Shown piece by piece: positions 59,573 to 64,000 of a DNA stretch of 64,000 nucleotides (position 1 is the stretch's first letter; every line of letters begins with the position of its first letter). Below the pieces are notes generated by a model. That model searched no databases. It saw only the letters and a program-made list of their open reading frames with translations, and was not told the origin of the DNA. A program made the translations under genes and the position numbers. Source of the DNA: an uncultured virus (IMG/VR IMGVR_UViG_3300024359_000004) (taxonomy: Duplodnaviria; Heunggongvirae; Uroviricota; Caudoviricetes); the IMG/VR virus record IMGVR_UViG_3300024359_000004; one strand, 5' to 3'.

Positions 59573-62413
59573 TTAAATATCATCGAAACTTGCACCAGTG
59601 TTCATAATGTTGAACTCAACACAAATGAATTCTAAAGCTCTTGTTGGTTTCAAGAAGATTCTACCACATAATTCGTTTCTATCTCTAGATTCTGGAGAAT
59701 CATCAAGAACCACTCTAAAGTCTGTAAGACCTCTATCAGCTCTAATGTTATCTAAGATTGGGTTAACAAGACCTAAGAACTGGTTTCTTACGATATCATC
59801 ATTTTGTTCGAATAACAATCTGATTGATACAGCAGAAATTAATTTTCTAGCTTGTAATAAAAGTCTTCTAACATTAATTCTATTAAGAGCAGTATCTTTA
59901 ACTTGAAGTGTTTTGTTACCCCAAATCTTAATACCTTCTGAAGCGAAAGTAGCAATTGGGTTAACTCTACCATCGTAAAGAGTATCTCTTTCTGCAAGTG
60001 TTAATTTCTTTCTTGCTTTAATAGCTTGAACATCACCTCTGTTTACACCAGCAACTGCGAACCATGGGAATGAAATGTTGTCTGTAAGTGCAATGTTTCT
60101 TACTACGTCTCTTGTAGGTGGAACGTAAATGTAAACATTGTTTTCAGCATCATTAATCTGAATCCAAGGCCAGTAAGTAGCTGTATAGTTAGAGTCAAAT
60201 TGACTATCAAGTGTATCAACAACATCCTCTGGTAATAAAACATCACCAGCAGCATCTGTATCTGGAGTAGTAACAATATAAAGTGAATCCGCTCTATCTT
60301 GTTCTACCATTTCGATAGCTTCCTCTACTAAGTTACTATTATCAAAAGTATCGATACCTGGTGTAGAGAATATATTAACATTTGTAGCTTCTGGGTTTTT
60401 GAAAGTCCAAATAGCCTCTAAATATGCGTAGTAATCAGAGTTAATACCTGTATCACCATTTGTTAATGCTCTTTGTGTAAATACATCACTTGATAAACCA
60501 GCTTGACCAGCAGTACCATTTATAATATACTTATCTCTATTTGTTCTTCTTGTTCTATGTACATCCCATCCATCAAAACCACCATATGGTGCGAATGTGA
60601 ATTTTCTAGCATATACTTTTTCATAGTCAGTACCAACAACACCAGAATCACTCCTAAATTCAGCGTTACCTGTGTCAAATTCGTAAACTGGACTATAAGT
60701 ACCACCAGTATTATTAATTACGATTTCAACATTATCAATAGTTGCACCAGTAGCGTCAACATCCATATGGAAACCTTTAGTTAAACCAGTCCATTCATTT
60801 AAATCACCAACTGTTGGAATACCCTTATAATCGAAAAAGTCTTGGTCAATACCTTTAGTCTCAGAAAGACCTAAATAGAATTTTCTCTTATTTTCGAAAG
60901 CACCATAAGTTTGTTTATATTCAATTGTTGGTGTTTGAACTGAAGTGTTACCATTAGTTTGGTAATCTCTAACTGGGAATCCTACGAAACCAGCTGGGAA
61001 CGCATCAGAAGTATCTGATTCTTCCTCAAGTTCAATTAATACATAACTTGAACGTGAAGCAAATTCACCATCAAGTGTACCAACTCTCTTAGCAACATAG
61101 TTATTAGACGTTGGGTCCATACTACATCTTGTAAATCTTTCAAATACTACAGGTTTAGCATCAGTATCATCATAAGCTCTGATTTCAATATCAAATTCTT
61201 TATCATTTAATCTAATATTCTTGATAGATATTTTAAATTGTCTGTTAGCAGCATCACCATCAGATATTGTGTGAAGTCTGAAAAGTCTTAATACCTTATT
61301 ACCTCTTAACTCAGACACAACCCAAGGACTAACCGCTGGTTGATATTCTTGTAAATAATCATTAAAGTCATCACCATAGTTAACTAATGAGTCAATATTA
61401 ATACCTCTCACTTGGTCATTATCAATATAGTCTTCTAACATTTCACTAAATAATTCTTCAACGAATAATGCAGTCTGACCATCTTGAGCAGCTCTACCTA
61501 ATACTTTAGTAATATAATTATTTTTAGTCTTATCAAGTGATAATGAATACGAGAAATTACCTTGAGTTGTAGAATCACCAGTGATTGTGAAATTACCTAA
61601 TACATTAGATTCAGCTGTTGTAACTGAAGGGTCAAACCCTATATCAGTAGAACCTGTAATTTGATGTCTAACGAATTCATCAGCATCAACAGTTGCTCTA
61701 CTTCTTAATAATGCAACAATCTTATCTTCTACATTTGAGAACCCAGCTCCAGAGTAGTGAACTGTAACCCCTGAAGTTGTACCAGTTTGTAAAGAACCAA
61801 AAAGTCCTTCAGCAACTACTTTATGATTAATACTAGCACCACTAAATGTATCACCAGACTTATCGAAAACAGGTCCTATAAGTGTTGGTGTAGCAGCAGT
61901 TGAAGCTGTAGCTAAATACGCTAGTTCATTTGTTAATAAACCTTCATCCCATAATGATTGTACTAATGGGTCACTAGAAACAACAGTAGTAAGAGTACCA
62001 CTATCAGCAGTATATGAAATTAAAGTAGCATCTGTGATACCACCACCAGTAGTACCAGTAGTAGAACCATCTAAAGCTGCGTCAAGTGAAACACCCCAAG
62101 CTAAACCAGCATCATAACCAGAAAAACCAAGTACTCTTGTTACGAATAATTGGTTAGATTGTGATAAATACGATTTAGCGATGTAAGGTAATTCATATTT
62201 AGGCGCACCTGTATCTTTTATTTTTGTAGCGTTGAGCCCACCAAAAAATGATGTGAACTCGTCATAGTTTGACACGAAAATCGGTTGGAAAGCTGGGCCC
62301 TTAGTTGTCTCACCAACTAAACCCAAAGTTGTTACACCAACTTGTCGCGTTACGAAAGTTAAGTCTCTTTCTGAAGTATAAACTCCAGGACTTACAAATA
62401 CCTTATCAGCCAT
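59573..62413 (-). CDS. Contractile tail sheath protein (gp18-like)
   Basis: VSPGVYTSERD, VGETTKGPAF, YWPW, PWFAVAGVNRG, RVNPIA, IWGNKTL, RINVRRLL and FEQND. Confidence 0.96.
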   Translation of the reverse strand: MADKVFVSPGVYTSERDLTFVTRQVGVTTLGLVGETTKGPAFQPIFVSNYDEFTSFFGGLNATKIKDTGAPKYELPYIAKSYLSQSNQLFVTRVLGFSGYDAGLAWGVSLDAALDGSTTGTTGGGITDATLISYTADSGTLTTVVSSDPLVQSLWDEGLLTNELAYLATASTAATPTLIGPVFDKSGDTFSGASINHKVVAEGLFGSLQTGTTSGVTVHYSGAGFSNVEDKIVALLRSRATVDADEFVRHQITGSTDIGFDPSVTTAESNVLGNFTITGDSTTQGNFSYSLSLDKTKNNYITKVLGRAAQDGQTALFVEELFSEMLEDYIDNDQVRGINIDSLVNYGDDFNDYLQEYQPAVSPWVVSELRGNKVLRLFRLHTISDGDAANRQFKISIKNIRLNDKEFDIEIRAYDDTDAKPVVFERFTRCSMDPTSNNYVAKRVGTLDGEFASRSSYVLIELEEESDTSDAFPAGFVGFPVRDYQTNGNTSVQTPTIEYKQTYGAFENKRKFYLGLSETKGIDQDFFDYKGIPTVGDLNEWTGLTKGFHMDVDATGATIDNVEIVINNTGGTYSPVYEFDTGNAEFRSDSGVVGTDYEKVYARKFTFAPYGGFDGWDVHRTRRTNRDKYIINGTAGQAGLSSDVFTQRALTNGDTGINSDYYAYLEAIWTFKNPEATNVNIFSTPGIDTFDNSNLVEEAIEMVEQDRADSLYIVTTPDTDAAGDVLLPEDVVDTLDSQFDSNYTATYWPWIQINDAENNVYIYVPPTRDVVRNIALTDNISFPWFAVAGVNRGDVQAIKARKKLTLAERDTLYDGRVNPIATFASEGIKIWGNKTLQVKDTALNRINVRRLLLQARKLISAVSIRLLFEQNDDIVRNQFLGLVNPILDNIRADRGLTDFRVVLDDSPESRDRNELCGRIFLKPTRALEFICVEFNIMNTGASFDDI

Positions 62414-62487
62414 TCTTTACTTATTTTAAATTTTTATTATTTTCAGTTATCTAATAATAAATATGTAGTAAAAAACCAAAAGAATTT

Positions 62488-62510
62488 ATATGGTCTTAAA
62501 AAGACCATAT
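62488..62510. promoter_or_regulatory. Perfect 10-bp inverted repeat, candidate operator
   Basis: ATATGGTCTT-AAA-AAGACCATAT in the divergent sheath/RHH intergenic region. Confidence 0.5.
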
Positions 62511-62564
62511 TTAATGAGCTTTTTTTCTTACTTTTGTCATACTTATATATAAATACTATATATT

Positions 62565-62720
62565 ATGTCTATAAAACGTACAAAAAACCTTAAAATCACG
62601 CCAAACACACATAAGGCGCTTAAAGAATATTGTCAGGAAAACGGTCTTAAGATGTTCGCATTTGTTGAAAAAATAATCAAGGAGTCATGTAAAAAACCAA
62701 CTGACATTTATGGTGAGTAA
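62565..62720 (+). CDS. Small ribbon-helix-helix-like DNA-binding protein (51 aa, absent from the ORF track)
   Basis: MSIKRTKNLKITPNTHKALKEYCQENGLKMFAFVEKIIKESCKKPTDIYGE has a strand-helix-G-helix pattern. Confidence 0.75.
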   Translation: MSIKRTKNLKITPNTHKALKEYCQENGLKMFAFVEKIIKESCKKPTDIYGE

Positions 62721-62757
62721 TTTTAATTTTTATTAGTATTATAACATATTTATAAAT

Positions 62758-63948
<1,191 letters not shown>

Positions 63949-63953
63949 AAAAT

Positions 63954-64000
63954 ATGAAAGATTTAATAAAACTTTATGAAAACTTTTGTTTTTTAAAGGG
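63954..64000 (+). CDS. Hypothetical protein, partial (runs off the right edge)
   Basis: ATG at 63954 five bases after the upstream stop. Reads MKDLIKLYENFCFLK... Confidence 0.5.
   Translation, partial: MKDLIKLYENFCFLK

Noticed and set aside
59573..62413. Bacterial contractile injection system (eCIS/T6SS) rather than a phage
   Set aside because: The tail genes are interleaved with a full T4-like replication set, and no host housekeeping genes are present.

Overview
An AT-rich 64-kb segment of a large contractile-tailed phage with T4-like gene content, standard genetic code and nearly all genes on the minus strand. It holds three kinds of genes. (i) Replication/recombination: Mre11/gp47-like nuclease, PD-(D/E)XK nuclease, primase, RuvC-like resolvase, class Ia NrdA/NrdB, DnaB-like helicase, 5'-3' exonuclease, RecA/UvsX and gp32-like SSB. 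(ii) Baseplate/tail: sheath, tube, chaperone, tape measure, hub, LysM/gp53-like, gp25, gp6, gp7-like, fibre-like proteins and an amidase. (iii) A few accessory genes, often on the opposite strand. Recurrent TTG-N20-TAnnTTTG promoters point to a Bacteroidota host. The most interesting unexplained signals are a probable +1/-2 frameshift at a U7 run in the tail chaperone, a [ST]-[GA]-x-[TS] motif spread through unrelated tail proteins, cargo genes with cleavable-looking N-terminal leaders (one masking a lipoprotein signal), a J-domain/poly-Asn/DOT1-like methyltransferase fusion, an orientation-specific TATTTAT late-promoter candidate, and a promoter-flanked A/T repeat tract that may be an origin. 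All family assignments come from recognising motifs by eye. No database searches were run.
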